DNA of 39,270 nt from Acholeplasmataceae bacterium (lineage in GTDB: Bacteria; Bacillota_I; Bacilli_A; ML615J-28; CAG-698): contig DUNF01000030.1 in the NCBI GenBank assembly GCA_012839485.1, positions 1 to 39,270 of the forward strand, given 5' to 3'. The notes under the pieces are model-generated. The model made no database searches and was not told where the DNA came from. It saw only the letters and a list, made by a program, of their open reading frames with translations. The position numbers and the translations under genes are program-made. Position 1 is the stretch's first letter. Every line of letters begins with the position of its first letter. Shown one piece after another: positions 9,655 to 18,860 of this stretch.

Positions 9655-11859
9655 TTAAACTGCAGGTACGATTTCTGATGCAGCTACAATAGTTGAAGTT
9701 AATGGGAATGAGTATGATACTCCATCTTTTCTTAACTTGAAGTTATATTGGATAGTTCTTCTAGCGTTAGGAAGTTTTAGAACACGTCCACGACTGCTTA
9801 CATATTCTTTGTCGGCATCGTTAACTAGTTCAAGTGTGATTTCATAGTCACTTAATTCTTGTAATACAAGTAATTCAGCTTCAACTAAGCCCATAAAGTG
9901 ATCCCAATAACCAGCTCTTCTCATTGTTCCTGGACAGTCTTTTCCTGACCAGTTGTTATGTTGGCTAACTGCATCTAATCCTAAGTTGTGTTGATGAAGG
10001 ATATTAGCAACTAGCTTTGCAAGTCTTTGCCATGTTTGATATAGGTCTGCACCTTTATTGATACAAGATTCAATACCAACTGTTAAGTCATTACCACCTC
10101 TATTAGAAATAGTTCTATAAGTAGAATTATAATATAAAGTTGTAGTATAATAGTTACCATTTCTTTCAAAGAACATTAACCCAATTGAAGGAAAATCATT
10201 CTTTGTAGCTTGTCTACCACCAGCAGATGGAACTTGAATTAAACTCTTTTGACCATTGATTAATAAATAGTTATCTGTACTAACGTCAATCATTGGACGA
10301 GGGCGAGTTACATCATATGGAACACCTGTATCTAGGAATGAATAAGTGTTGCTACCACATCCGCAGCCTGCGTGCCATGCAGCACGACCATGTTCAATGT
10401 TTTGCCATGCTTCTGAATCATCTACTGTGTAGTGGAATGATACTTCAGCGCTTGAGTTACAATAGTTAGAAATTGCTTGAGCATTTTCACCTGCTGCGTT
10501 TCCGCCAACGTCATGAACAACAACAAACATTACAGGGTTAGGAATTCCATTTTCATATTCTACATAACCAACTGTTCCTGGTTTCATCCAGTTATAAACA
10601 ACTCTGTGTTCATCAAATAGATATTTATTAATACTTCCATACATTGGATCAACTGGATGTGGTGGGTTTTGAACTGTTTGCCAGCCCACTAGTGTTACGT
10701 TTTGAGCAACTGTTAATGGTTGATTTAAATAGTTGATTAAGTCAGATAAACTTAATTTAATTTCTACAACAGCAATTGCTTCAATATTTGGATTAGATTG
10801 TGAGTAAGCACGAATCTTTGCAAATCCTTTATTTGTATTAACTGTTAGTTGTCCGTTTAAAGGTCTTAATGAAACAGCAGCACTAGGTTCAACTAATTCA
10901 AATTTAAGGTCGTTTTTAGCACTTACAGGATTTAATTGTACTTCTACATCATAAGGTCCACCACTTGTTCTCATATCATCTGGATAGCTAATAGTGAAAC
11001 TTTGTAATGGTTTATAACCAACAACAAGTTGGAAAGTTCTAACTAATTCAGGAGTAGTACCTGATTGAACTGTGATTGTAGCAGTGCCTTCTGCAAGTGG
11101 CATAATAACACCTTTGTTTGTAATTGTGGCAATTGTTTTATCGCTACTTGAACATTCAACACCAAGGCCAATATCTGTTTGGTCTACAATTGTTAATGCA
11201 AGTTCTTCATTTACATAAGCTAAAACTTCAGCACCTTCAGCAATTTCATCTTCACCTGCACTTACTGAGAATTGTTTAACAACATTTACAGTTACTGTAG
11301 CAGTTGATTCTCCATATGTAGCAGTAATAATCGCAGTACCTACTTTTAAAGCAGTAATTTTATTATCTTCGATACTAATGATATCTGGTTTATCGATTGC
11401 ATATAATAGTTCAGCGTCACCAACTAGTTTAGGTTTTAAAGTATACTCTGGATTTGCATCTAAATCTAGATTTACTTCTGAAACTGAGAAAGTTACTTTA
11501 GGTTGAACTGGTGGTTCAACAATCTCCTCCTTAGTTACAGTGATATTGCAAGTATCAGTTTTATCGTTGGCTTTTAAAGTAACTGTAGTGCTTCCTTTCT
11601 TAATTCCAGTAACTTTACCTGTGTTATTAACACTAGCAATTGATGGATCAGCTACTTCATAAGTTATTGCAACAGCTTCACCTTTATCTGTTTTTGCAAC
11701 AGCTTCAATTTGTTTTGTTTCTCCTTCCTCTAGGGTAAGATTTTTTGTTGTTAGTGTAAGAGTTGTTACACTTTCTTCTTGTGGTTTTTCTTTATCCTTG
11801 CAACTTACAAGGAATAAAGCTATAAACAGTAAAAATAATAGTTTTAATACTTTTTCCAT
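9655..11859 (-). CDS. Surface lipoprotein: four Big_2-like Ig repeats plus an N-acetylmuramoyl-L-alanine amidase (Amidase_2/PGRP-type) domain
   Basis: Lipobox LFLVSC (Cys20). Repeated ~80-aa segments show the Big_2 pattern (L.L..G.T..I.A ... V.S.N..G.VTA.K.GTA.ITV). Amidase_2 landmarks are VVVHD (aa 447-451), SFHYTVDD, AAWHAG (493-498), VGIES (594-598) and SQHNNWSGKDCPG (632-644). Confidence 0.8.
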   Translation of the reverse strand: MEKVLKLLFLLFIALFLVSCKDKEKPQEESVTTLTLTTKNLTLEEGETKQIEAVAKTDKGEAVAITYEVADPSIASVNNTGKVTGIKKGSTTVTLKANDKTDTCNITVTKEEIVEPPVQPKVTFSVSEVNLDLDANPEYTLKPKLVGDAELLYAIDKPDIISIEDNKITALKVGTAIITATYGESTATVTVNVVKQFSVSAGEDEIAEGAEVLAYVNEELALTIVDQTDIGLGVECSSSDKTIATITNKGVIMPLAEGTATITVQSGTTPELVRTFQLVVGYKPLQSFTISYPDDMRTSGGPYDVEVQLNPVSAKNDLKFELVEPSAAVSLRPLNGQLTVNTNKGFAKIRAYSQSNPNIEAIAVVEIKLSLSDLINYLNQPLTVAQNVTLVGWQTVQNPPHPVDPMYGSINKYLFDEHRVVYNWMKPGTVGYVEYENGIPNPVMFVVVHDVGGNAAGENAQAISNYCNSSAEVSFHYTVDDSEAWQNIEHGRAAWHAGCGCGSNTYSFLDTGVPYDVTRPRPMIDVSTDNYLLINGQKSLIQVPSAGGRQATKNDFPSIGLMFFERNGNYYTTTLYYNSTYRTISNRGGNDLTVGIESCINKGADLYQTWQRLAKLVANILHQHNLGLDAVSQHNNWSGKDCPGTMRRAGYWDHFMGLVEAELLVLQELSDYEITLELVNDADKEYVSSRGRVLKLPNARRTIQYNFKLRKDGVSYSFPLTSTIVAASEIVPAV

Positions 11860-12007
11860 AGTACCTCCTCTTATTAAAAAATAGTATTAAATATCGTATC
11901 ATAAAATTAGATTAGATATCTCTTCCTTTATAGTATAACATAATTTAGAAAAAAATAAAAGTAAAAGGGCTTCCCTTTTTATAATATATAGATAAAAGGA
12001 GTAAGCA

Positions 12008-12538
12008 ATGAATAAAAAGAAAATCATTATTATTGTAAGTGTAGTAGCATTTTTAGTAATAATAGGTATTATAATTAGTCTTATAGATAAGCCTAAAGTA
12101 GAAGATCCAATTGATGATCAAAGAGAAATTATTATAGAGAACATTGTAGTTGAGATCAAAGGTGAAGTTTATAATCCTGGCTTATATATTTTAGAACAAG
12201 GTTCAAGAATTAATGATTTAATTGAATTATCTGGAGGCTTTACTAAAGATGCTAATGGTACAGATCTTAATTTAGCTAAAGTTTTATCTGACGGTGAAGT
12301 TATAATTGTTTCTAAAAAAGGCGCAAGTGGGACAATAATAGAATCAAAGATTATTAACATTAACTATGCAACAGTAGAACAATTAATGGAACTATCGGGT
12401 ATTGGTGAAACTAAAGCAAAAGCAATTGTAACATATCGTGAACAAAATGGTAGATTTAAAAAGATTGAAGACATTATGAATGTTTCAGGTATTTCCAATG
12501 CTCTTTTTGAAAGAATTAAAGAACAAATCACTGTATAA
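12008..12538 (+). CDS. comEA: Competence DNA receptor ComEA (TM anchor, SLBB-like domain, helix-hairpin-helix DNA-binding domain)
   Basis: N-terminal TM helix, then VEIKGEVYNPGLY and INININYATVEQLMELSGIGETKAKAIVTYREQNGRFKKIEDIMNVSGI (tandem HhH). RBS AAGGAG lies upstream. Confidence 0.88.
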   Translation: MNKKKIIIIVSVVAFLVIIGIIISLIDKPKVEDPIDDQREIIIENIVVEIKGEVYNPGLYILEQGSRINDLIELSGGFTKDANGTDLNLAKVLSDGEVIIVSKKGASGTIIESKIININYATVEQLMELSGIGETKAKAIVTYREQNGRFKKIEDIMNVSGISNALFERIKEQITV

Positions 12539-14606
12539 AAAGCTTTTAAATAATTATTTTTTATTAGCTTTAGGAATTGTTTTAATTTTACTTTCATTAA
12601 AACACTATTTGGTTGTTTTAGTAACTATTGTTTATTTAATCTATATTTACCAAAAATCAAAAGAAATATTTTATGTAATAGTAGGATTAGCAGTAATTAT
12701 CATTTTGATTTATTTTCTTAAACTAAAAATTACATTAAGAGACCACAATTATTTAGAAGGTCAAATTATTAATATTAAGAAAGGGGATACAAGTCAAACT
12801 CTTACAGTTAAAAAGTCTTGGTTTAAGATGATAGTCTATACTGATTTAGAAACTAAATATAGTGTTTTAGATTATATTAAGTTTCAAGGAGATGAAGTAA
12901 TAATTGATGATGTAAGAGTTCCTTATGATTTTGATTATAAAGAATATTTAAAATATCAAGGAATATCTAAAGTAGTTAGTGCAACTTCAATAATTAAAGT
13001 AAAAAAAAGATTCTCTTATTTATACTTAAGAGAACTGATAACTGGTTATATTGATAAGTTTTTTTCTGAACCGGGAAATATGATTATTAAAGGTTTAGTT
13101 ATTGGTGATAGTAAAAGTTTTACTTTGGATTTTGCCTCCGACTTAAGAATAAATGGGACTTCTCATTTGTTTGCTATTTCTGGTGCTCATGTAAATATTA
13201 TTACTTATTTTTTAATTAAAGTTTTTGCTAGGTCAAAATATCAAGATAAAATAGTTTCTTCACTTTTAATAATTTACCTATTCCTAACAAATTTCTTGCC
13301 TTCAGTATTGAGGGCAGTAATTATGTATTTACTTCATATTTTAAATAAAAAATATCAGTTGCATTTTAAAACTTTAGATTTACTAGCAATTGCTTTTATT
13401 TTAATGATTATCATTAATCCTTTTTATTTTTTTAATTTAAGTTTCCAGTTAAGTTTTATTGTAACGGCTATTATTATTTTGCTTACTTCTTTGATTAAAG
13501 ATAAAAGTTCTTTAATCCAAACAGTTATTATTTCAACTGCAGCTGTTATTGTAACTTTACCAATAATTGCAAATATTAATTCAGAAGTAAATTTACTATC
13601 ACCTTTAGTAAATGTTGTTTTTATTTTCTTAGTTTTAGAAATTTTACTTCCACTTTCTTTTATTATCTTAGTTTTACCTTTTTTAAGTAAATTTTATAAT
13701 TTGTTAGTTCAAGGGTTTATCTTTTTAAATAACCTTTTTGCTAGTCAAATAAAAATAAGTGTACCTCTACCCTATTTTAAAATATATCATTCCTTAATTT
13801 ATTATAGTTTTTTTATTTTGTTTTTTAGTTTAAATAAATTTAAATCAAGAAAAATTGTTTTATCTTTCTTTCTTGTTTTGTTTTCGTTTTTCATTTTGTT
13901 TCATTCATACACTACTAGTTTAAAAGTGACATTTTTAGATCTTTACAATGGTGAATCAATTTTGATTCAAAAAGGAGTCAGTAAAGTTTTGATTGATACT
14001 GGAGCAGGACAAGGAAAGAAAGTAAGCAGTTTTTTAAGAAAATCGGGAATTTACAATTTAGATTATTTAATTATTACTCATGATCATTTTGACCATTATG
14101 GGGAAGCAAAGGATATTTGTGATGCGGTTAATGTAAAAAGGGTTATAACCTCATCAATATCTAAGTTATCTTTTCAAAGGCAAATCAAAATCGGCTCTCC
14201 TTATATTATAAAATTAGGAAAAGATGAATTAATCTTATATCCCCCAGAAAAACAGTATTTAGATGAGAATAATAATAGTGTTATTACTTTTCTAAAAAGC
14301 GAATTAAATTTTTTATTTCTAGGTGATTTAGTTATGACTGGTGAAGAAAGATTGAATGGTTTTAAAGAAAAAATAGATGTTTTAAAAGTGGGACATCACG
14401 GTTCTCAAACAGCAACATCGCCTAATCTTCTAAGTATTTTGAAACCAAAATATGCTATTATTCAAACCGGCAGAGTTAAATCTTTTGGCTTCCCTGATCA
14501 TGAGTTAATTAATAGGTTAAATAATTATCAAATAAAAACATATCGAACTGATCTTCATTACACAATTGTTTATCAAAATAAAAAATTTACTTATCTAAAT
14601 CAATAG
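12480..14606 (+). CDS. comEC: DNA internalisation competence protein ComEC/Rec2 (competence domain plus C-terminal MBL domain)
   Basis: Polytopic membrane protein with GTSHLFAISGAHV, plus a C-terminal metallo-beta-lactamase signature ITHDHFDHYGE and GHHGS. The start is uncertain (ATG 12480 or 12498, neither with a clear SD), and the frame overlaps the comEA 3' end. Confidence 0.85.
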   Translation: MFQVFPMLFLKELKNKSLYKKLLNNYFLLALGIVLILLSLKHYLVVLVTIVYLIYIYQKSKEIFYVIVGLAVIIILIYFLKLKITLRDHNYLEGQIINIKKGDTSQTLTVKKSWFKMIVYTDLETKYSVLDYIKFQGDEVIIDDVRVPYDFDYKEYLKYQGISKVVSATSIIKVKKRFSYLYLRELITGYIDKFFSEPGNMIIKGLVIGDSKSFTLDFASDLRINGTSHLFAISGAHVNIITYFLIKVFARSKYQDKIVSSLLIIYLFLTNFLPSVLRAVIMYLLHILNKKYQLHFKTLDLLAIAFILMIIINPFYFFNLSFQLSFIVTAIIILLTSLIKDKSSLIQTVIISTAAVIVTLPIIANINSEVNLLSPLVNVVFIFLVLEILLPLSFIILVLPFLSKFYNLLVQGFIFLNNLFASQIKISVPLPYFKIYHSLIYYSFFILFFSLNKFKSRKIVLSFFLVLFSFFILFHSYTTSLKVTFLDLYNGESILIQKGVSKVLIDTGAGQGKKVSSFLRKSGIYNLDYLIITHDHFDHYGEAKDICDAVNVKRVITSSISKLSFQRQIKIGSPYIIKLGKDELILYPPEKQYLDENNNSVITFLKSELNFLFLGDLVMTGEERLNGFKEKIDVLKVGHHGSQTATSPNLLSILKPKYAIIQTGRVKSFGFPDHELINRLNNYQIKTYRTDLHYTIVYQNKKFTYLNQ

Positions 14607-14621
14607 CAGTATTCTTTAAAA

Positions 14622-14632
14622 TATGGTAAAAT
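14622..14632 (+). promoter_or_regulatory. Candidate extended -10 promoter element upstream of holA
   Basis: TATGgTAAAAT (TRTG -16 motif plus -10). No convincing -35. Confidence 0.4.
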
Positions 14633-14650
14633 ATAAACAAGAGGTAAAAT

Positions 14651-15610
14651 ATGGCTAAAGTATATTTGTTTTTGGGAAATGAGGAATATCTAAACAAAGT
14701 CAAAATTGAAAGGCTTATTAAAGAATCTGTAGCTGATGAATACAATATCAACTATTATGATATGGAAGAAAAAAACGTTAGTTTCGCAGTTGAAGATGCG
14801 CAAACTGCACCTTTTTTGTGTGAAGAAAAGATTATTGTTTTAAGACATCCAAAGTTTCTAACAACAGCCAAGTTAGAGATTGAACATGATATTAAAGGAT
14901 TTGTCAAGTATTTAAATAATCCTAGTCCTTATACTACTTTTATTATTGATGCTAGTAAATTAGAACTAGACAATCGTAAGGGAGTAGTAAAAACCTTACT
15001 TAAAGTTGCAATTAAAGAAGAAAGCGAATCATTATCTGATGTTGAGTTTGTAGGTTGGGTAATTAGACAATTTTCTCAAAACAATTTAAAAATCAGTCAA
15101 AGAGCGGCGCAAACTTTTTTAAGTAGAACGGGAACAAATTTAATAAATGCAAGTAATGAAATAGATAAATTAGTTTTATATTGTATGGGTAAAGATGAAG
15201 TTACAGAAGAAGATGTAATAAACTTAACTACAAAAGAATTAGAACAAGATATTTTTAGTTTTACTAACGCAATTATGGAAAAAAATAAAAAGAAGGCAAT
15301 TGAGGTTTATCGTAACCTTGTTGCCACAAACAAATTTGAACCTGTACAATTATTAATTACTTCAAGTAATAATTTGAAAGATTGTTATTTAGTCAAACTA
15401 TTGATGGAGAAAAATTACAAGCAAAATCAAATCGCAGAAAGTTTAGGAGTTTCTCCTGGTAGAGCTTACTACTTAATGCGTGATGCTCGTTCTTTAGATA
15501 AGGAAAGAGCAGCTGAACTTATTCAAAAGTTTGCTGAGTTAGATTTTAAAATAAAAACTGGCCAAATAGAGTCAAATACAGGTTTAGAGTTTTTATTATT
15601 TAGTCTATAA
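14651..15610 (+). CDS. holA: DNA polymerase III delta subunit
   Basis: ~320 aa with the N-terminal VYLFLGNEEYL pattern. It occupies the conserved comEC-holA / rpsT(convergent) position seen in Bacillus. RBS GAGG lies upstream. Confidence 0.85.
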   Translation: MAKVYLFLGNEEYLNKVKIERLIKESVADEYNINYYDMEEKNVSFAVEDAQTAPFLCEEKIIVLRHPKFLTTAKLEIEHDIKGFVKYLNNPSPYTTFIIDASKLELDNRKGVVKTLLKVAIKEESESLSDVEFVGWVIRQFSQNNLKISQRAAQTFLSRTGTNLINASNEIDKLVLYCMGKDEVTEEDVINLTTKELEQDIFSFTNAIMEKNKKKAIEVYRNLVATNKFEPVQLLITSSNNLKDCYLVKLLMEKNYKQNQIAESLGVSPGRAYYLMRDARSLDKERAAELIQKFAELDFKIKTGQIESNTGLEFLLFSL

Positions 15611-15630
15611 AAAAAGCCGTTATTCACGAC

Positions 15631-15900
15631 TTATTTTGGTGCTATTTTATTGATAGCCTTACAAAGATGAGATTTTTTTCTAGCAACTGCGTTTTTATGG
15701 TATACGCCTTTACCTTGAGCTGTGTCAAGTCTCTTAGCTGCTACTTTGTAAAGTTCTAAAGCTTCTGCGTAGTTATCATTAGAAATAGCTAATTCTACTT
15801 TTTTAATAGCTGTACGTACTGATGATTTTAAAGAAACGTTTCTTAGTCTTCTTTTCTCATTTGTAATATTACGTTTAGCTTGTTGTTTAATATTTGCCAT
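15631..15900 (-). CDS. rpsT: 30S ribosomal protein S20
   Basis: MANIKQQAKRNITNEKRRLRN... is typical S20. The ORF-track start (15912) contains the GGAGG RBS, so the true ATG is at 15900. Confidence 0.94.
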   Translation of the reverse strand: MANIKQQAKRNITNEKRRLRNVSLKSSVRTAIKKVELAISNDNYAEALELYKVAAKRLDTAQGKGVYHKNAVARKKSHLCKAINKIAPK

Positions 15901-15926
15901 AGTAACCTCCAATATTTATCTATAGT

Positions 15927-15955
15927 ATTATACCAAATAATTTATAAAAAAGCAA
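15927..15955 (-). promoter_or_regulatory. Candidate sigma-A promoter of rpsT
   Basis: On the minus strand: -35 TTGCTT (15950-15955), 17-nt spacer, TGgTATAAT (15927-15935). Confidence 0.55.
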
Positions 15956-15978
15956 GGAAATAAAATCCGAGGTGGAAA

Positions 15979-17067
15979 ATGAATAAAATAAATATCTATG
16001 GTGCTGGCATTTCAGGTATGACAGTAGCCATTTATTTAAAGAAAAGAAATCCCAAATTAGACATTACTTTATATGAAGCTAATGATCGTGTTGGTCAAAA
16101 GATTTTAAAAACAGGAAATGGTAAGTGTAATTTAAGTAATACCGATTTAGACAATGCTAGTAATTATAATAATCCTTCATTTATGAAAGAGGTGTTAAAG
16201 ATAACAAATAGCAATGATTTAAGAGCTTTTGTTTTAGATGATTTAGGCATTGTTTTAAGAGAAGATGATTATGGAAGATTATATCCATATAGCGAAAAAG
16301 CAACATCAGTTTTAACTGCTTACTTACAAAAACTTAAAGAATTAGAGATTAAAGTTGTAACTTCTTTTCGTGGTGATTTAGATTTAAAAGGAATTACAAT
16401 CATCGCAACTGGAAGTTATGCTCAAAGTAAATATACTGGTTATAACTATTTGACTAACTTAGGACATAAAGTAACTGATTTAAATCCAGCCCTAACAACC
16501 CTAAAGGTAAAAGAAGACTTAAGACCTTTGAAAGGCATTCGCTTCAAAGTAAAAGCAAGTATTTTAAAAGGCAATAAAGTTTTATTTAGCGATGAAGGTG
16601 AAGTGCAATTTAGAGAAGATGCCTTATCAGGAATAGTTACTTTAGATCTTTCTCGTTATTATGAAGAAGGATGTGAGGTAAGTTTTGATTTAGTTCCAGA
16701 ATATTCAAAAGAAGAGTTAAAAATACTAAAAGCAAAGTTTAATGATGAAGATCAATTTTTAAATTCACTTTTACCTAAAATGTTAGCTTTAGAAGTTAAA
16801 AAAAGAGGTAATATTATATCTAGTTTGAAAGATTTTAGATTTACCATTTTAGGTTTAAATAGTTATAATGAAGCTCAAATTACTAAAGGTGGTTTAGACT
16901 TAAGAGAAATTGGTTATGATTTTTCTTCTAAAATTAAATCTAACTTGTATGTAATTGGGGAAGTGTTAGATATTGATGCAAGGTGCGGAGGATTCAATAT
17001 TGGCTTTGCGATTATCTCTGGTATAACAGCTGGAAAAAGCATTTTAAGAAAACATAATTCTTTATAA
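15979..17067 (+). CDS. FAD-dependent oxidoreductase of the HI0933/YhiN (BaiN-like) family
   Basis: N-terminal dinucleotide fold IYGAGISGM, family signature KTGNGKCNLSN and a C-terminal ITKGGLD...GEVLDIDARCGGFN. At 362 aa it is somewhat shorter than I remember for this family. Confidence 0.75.
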   Translation: MNKINIYGAGISGMTVAIYLKKRNPKLDITLYEANDRVGQKILKTGNGKCNLSNTDLDNASNYNNPSFMKEVLKITNSNDLRAFVLDDLGIVLREDDYGRLYPYSEKATSVLTAYLQKLKELEIKVVTSFRGDLDLKGITIIATGSYAQSKYTGYNYLTNLGHKVTDLNPALTTLKVKEDLRPLKGIRFKVKASILKGNKVLFSDEGEVQFREDALSGIVTLDLSRYYEEGCEVSFDLVPEYSKEELKILKAKFNDEDQFLNSLLPKMLALEVKKRGNIISSLKDFRFTILGLNSYNEAQITKGGLDLREIGYDFSSKIKSNLYVIGEVLDIDARCGGFNIGFAIISGITAGKSILRKHNSL

Positions 17068-17111
17068 ATTGAGTTGTTTATAGTATAATATAATATATAG
17101 AAGGTGAATAT

Positions 17112-17714
17112 ATGAATCTACCAAATAAATTAACATTGTTTAGAGTTGCATTAATTCCAGTTATTGTCATTATAGCTTTAATTAGTCCTCTTTATGATAT
17201 TTATATTTTTAAAGAAGTTACAGTAGGAAACTTTATTATTTTAATTGTTTTTTTAATTGCTTCGTTTACGGATTACCTAGATGGACATATTGCAAGAAAA
17301 AACAATCTTATCACAGATTTTGGAAAATTTATGGATCCAATGGCTGACAAAGTCTTAGTAATCTCTACATTACTTATCCTTTTAGAACAAGGTAAGATGA
17401 CCGCTTTTGGTTTTCCTTTAGGATTTGTTTTGATTCTTATTGTAGCTAGAGAATTTATGGTTACAGGAATTAGGTTAATTGCTGTTCAAAATAATGTTGT
17501 GATAGCTGCAAGTAAACTAGGTAAAATAAAGACAGTATCGCAAATGATTATGGTAATATTTTTATTACTTGAATGTTATCCATTTACATTTATTGGGGGA
17601 ACTGCGAAAGACATAACTGCGTTAATATTAATTAGCTTTGCAGGGCTAACTACACTAGTATCAGGAATAGATTACTTTATTAAAAATAAAGATGTAATAT
17701 TAAAATCAAAATAG
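17112..17714 (+). CDS. pgsA: CDP-diacylglycerol--glycerol-3-phosphate 3-phosphatidyltransferase
   Basis: CDP-alcohol phosphatidyltransferase motif [27 protein letters not shown]. Membrane protein of ~200 aa, located upstream of recA as in Bacillus. Confidence 0.9.
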   Translation: MNLPNKLTLFRVALIPVIVIIALISPLYDIYIFKEVTVGNFIILIVFLIASFTDYLDGHIARKNNLITDFGKFMDPMADKVLVISTLLILLEQGKMTAFGFPLGFVLILIVAREFMVTGIRLIAVQNNVVIAASKLGKIKTVSQMIMVIFLLLECYPFTFIGGTAKDITALILISFAGLTTLVSGIDYFIKNKDVILKSK

Positions 17715-17724
17715 GAGGAAGAAA

Positions 17725-18708
17725 ATGGCTAAAGAAAAAGAACAAGCTTTGAAGGAAGCCTTCAAGCAAATAGAAAAAGAATATGGTAAAGGTTCTATTA
17801 TGAAACTTGGTGATCACTCAATTGGTGATATCGAAGTTATTTCATCTGGATCTTTAAAATTAGATATCGCACTTGGGGTTATGGGTTATCCAAGGGGTAG
17901 GATTGTAGAGATATATGGACCAGAAGGTTCAGGCAAAACTACTTTCGCTTTACATGCGATTGCTGAGGCACAAAAAGCTGGAGGGTATGCGGCTTTTATT
18001 GATGCTGAGCATGCTTTAGACCCTAAATATGCAGCGGCTTTAGGAGTAGATGTAGAGAACTTAATTCTTTCTCAACCAGATACTGGAGAACAAGCTCTAG
18101 AGATTGCAGAGTACTTAATTAGAAGCGGAGCGATTGATATTATTGTAATTGATTCAGTTGCAGCTTTAGTACCAAAGGCAGAAATTGATGGTGATATGGG
18201 AGATGCCCATGTAGCATTACAAGCAAGACTTATGAGTCAAGCAATGAGAAAGTTAAGTGGTGTTATTTCTAAAACAAAAACAATTGCTATCTTTATTAAC
18301 CAAATTAGAGAAAAAGTAGGAGTTTTCTTTGGTAATCCAGAAACTACAACTGGAGGTAGAGCCTTAAAGTTCTACTCTACAATTCGTTTAGATGTTAGAC
18401 GTATTGAACAATTAAAGAGCGAAGGTGATCCAATAGGTAACTTAACTAGAGTTAGAGTTGTAAAGAATAAAGTAGCTCCTCCATTTAGAGTTTGTGATGT
18501 TGATTTAATTTATGGTAAGGGAGTTTCTCGTACAGCTGAAATTATTGATATGGCAGTTGAAAAAGATATTGTGAAGAAATCAGGATCTTGGTATGCTTAT
18601 AATGATGAGCGTTTAGGTCAAGGAAAAGAAAACGTAAAGAAATATTTAGAAGAGAATCCTAACCTTTCTAAGGAAATAGAAGATAAAGTTAGAGAAGCAT
18701 ATAAATAA
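17725..18708 (+). CDS. recA: Recombinase RecA
   Basis: Motifs [29 protein letters not shown] and [10 protein letters not shown]. Strong RBS AGGAGG. Confidence 0.98.
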   Translation: MAKEKEQALKEAFKQIEKEYGKGSIMKLGDHSIGDIEVISSGSLKLDIALGVMGYPRGRIVEIYGPEGSGKTTFALHAIAEAQKAGGYAAFIDAEHALDPKYAAALGVDVENLILSQPDTGEQALEIAEYLIRSGAIDIIVIDSVAALVPKAEIDGDMGDAHVALQARLMSQAMRKLSGVISKTKTIAIFINQIREKVGVFFGNPETTTGGRALKFYSTIRLDVRRIEQLKSEGDPIGNLTRVRVVKNKVAPPFRVCDVDLIYGKGVSRTAEIIDMAVEKDIVKKSGSWYAYNDERLGQGKENVKKYLEENPNLSKEIEDKVREAYK

Positions 18709-18734
18709 TAGTCTTGTAATCAAGACTATTTTTT
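18709..18734 (+). terminator. Intrinsic terminator after recA
   Basis: Hairpin TAGTCTTG-TAAT-CAAGACTA followed by TTTTTT. Confidence 0.8.
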
Positions 18735-18767
18735 ATAAAATGAGCTAAAAAAGGATATAATCTTTTA

Positions 18768-18796
18768 ATTGACTAAACCACTTATTTGGTGTATAA
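18768..18796 (+). promoter_or_regulatory. Near-consensus sigma-A promoter of rny
   Basis: -35 TTGACT (18768-18773), 17-nt spacer, -10 TATAAT (18791-18796). Confidence 0.72.
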
Positions 18797-18860
18797 TAAT
18801 TATAGATATTTATATAAAGTAATTTATAAAGATCAGATATATTAAATAATGGAGGTAGAT

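Noticed and set aside
11963-11980. Small hairpin AAAAGGG-CTT-CCCTTTT in the divergent amidase/comEA intergenic region, considered as a terminator or regulatory RNA element.
   Set aside because: No gene on either strand ends upstream of it. The loop is only 3 nt, and the T-run is mostly part of the stem. It overlaps the likely comEA promoter spacer just before TATAAT (11980-11985). The evidence is insufficient for a functional call.
15611-15630. Possible terminator between convergent holA and rpsT (AAAAAAGCCGTTATTCACGACTTATTTT).
   Set aside because: The putative stem (GCCGT/ACGAC) has a mismatch and only 4-5 bp, which is not convincing as an intrinsic terminator.
15901-15912. N-terminal extensions in the ORF track: rpsT 15912, rny 18849, ktrB 32022, coaE 37533, ABC ATPase 26481, CPA2 23195 (TTG), recD2 7374 (TTG), lipoprotein 29976 and MBL 3504.
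   Set aside because: In each case the extension contains the Shine-Dalgarno sequence itself, a promoter element, or overlaps the upstream gene. A downstream ATG sits at canonical spacing (5-10 nt) from a GGAG-type RBS and matches the conserved N-terminus of the family. The shorter coordinates were used.
3460-17725. LexA/SOS (Cheo-type GAAC-N4-GTTC) operators upstream of the uvrB operon (3460-3510) and of recA (about 17650-17725).
   Set aside because: I could see no such palindrome by eye in either region. uvrB is also not followed by uvrA, and recA follows pgsA directly without cinA. Absence by eye is weak evidence, so this is recorded only as a negative observation that needs a motif scan.
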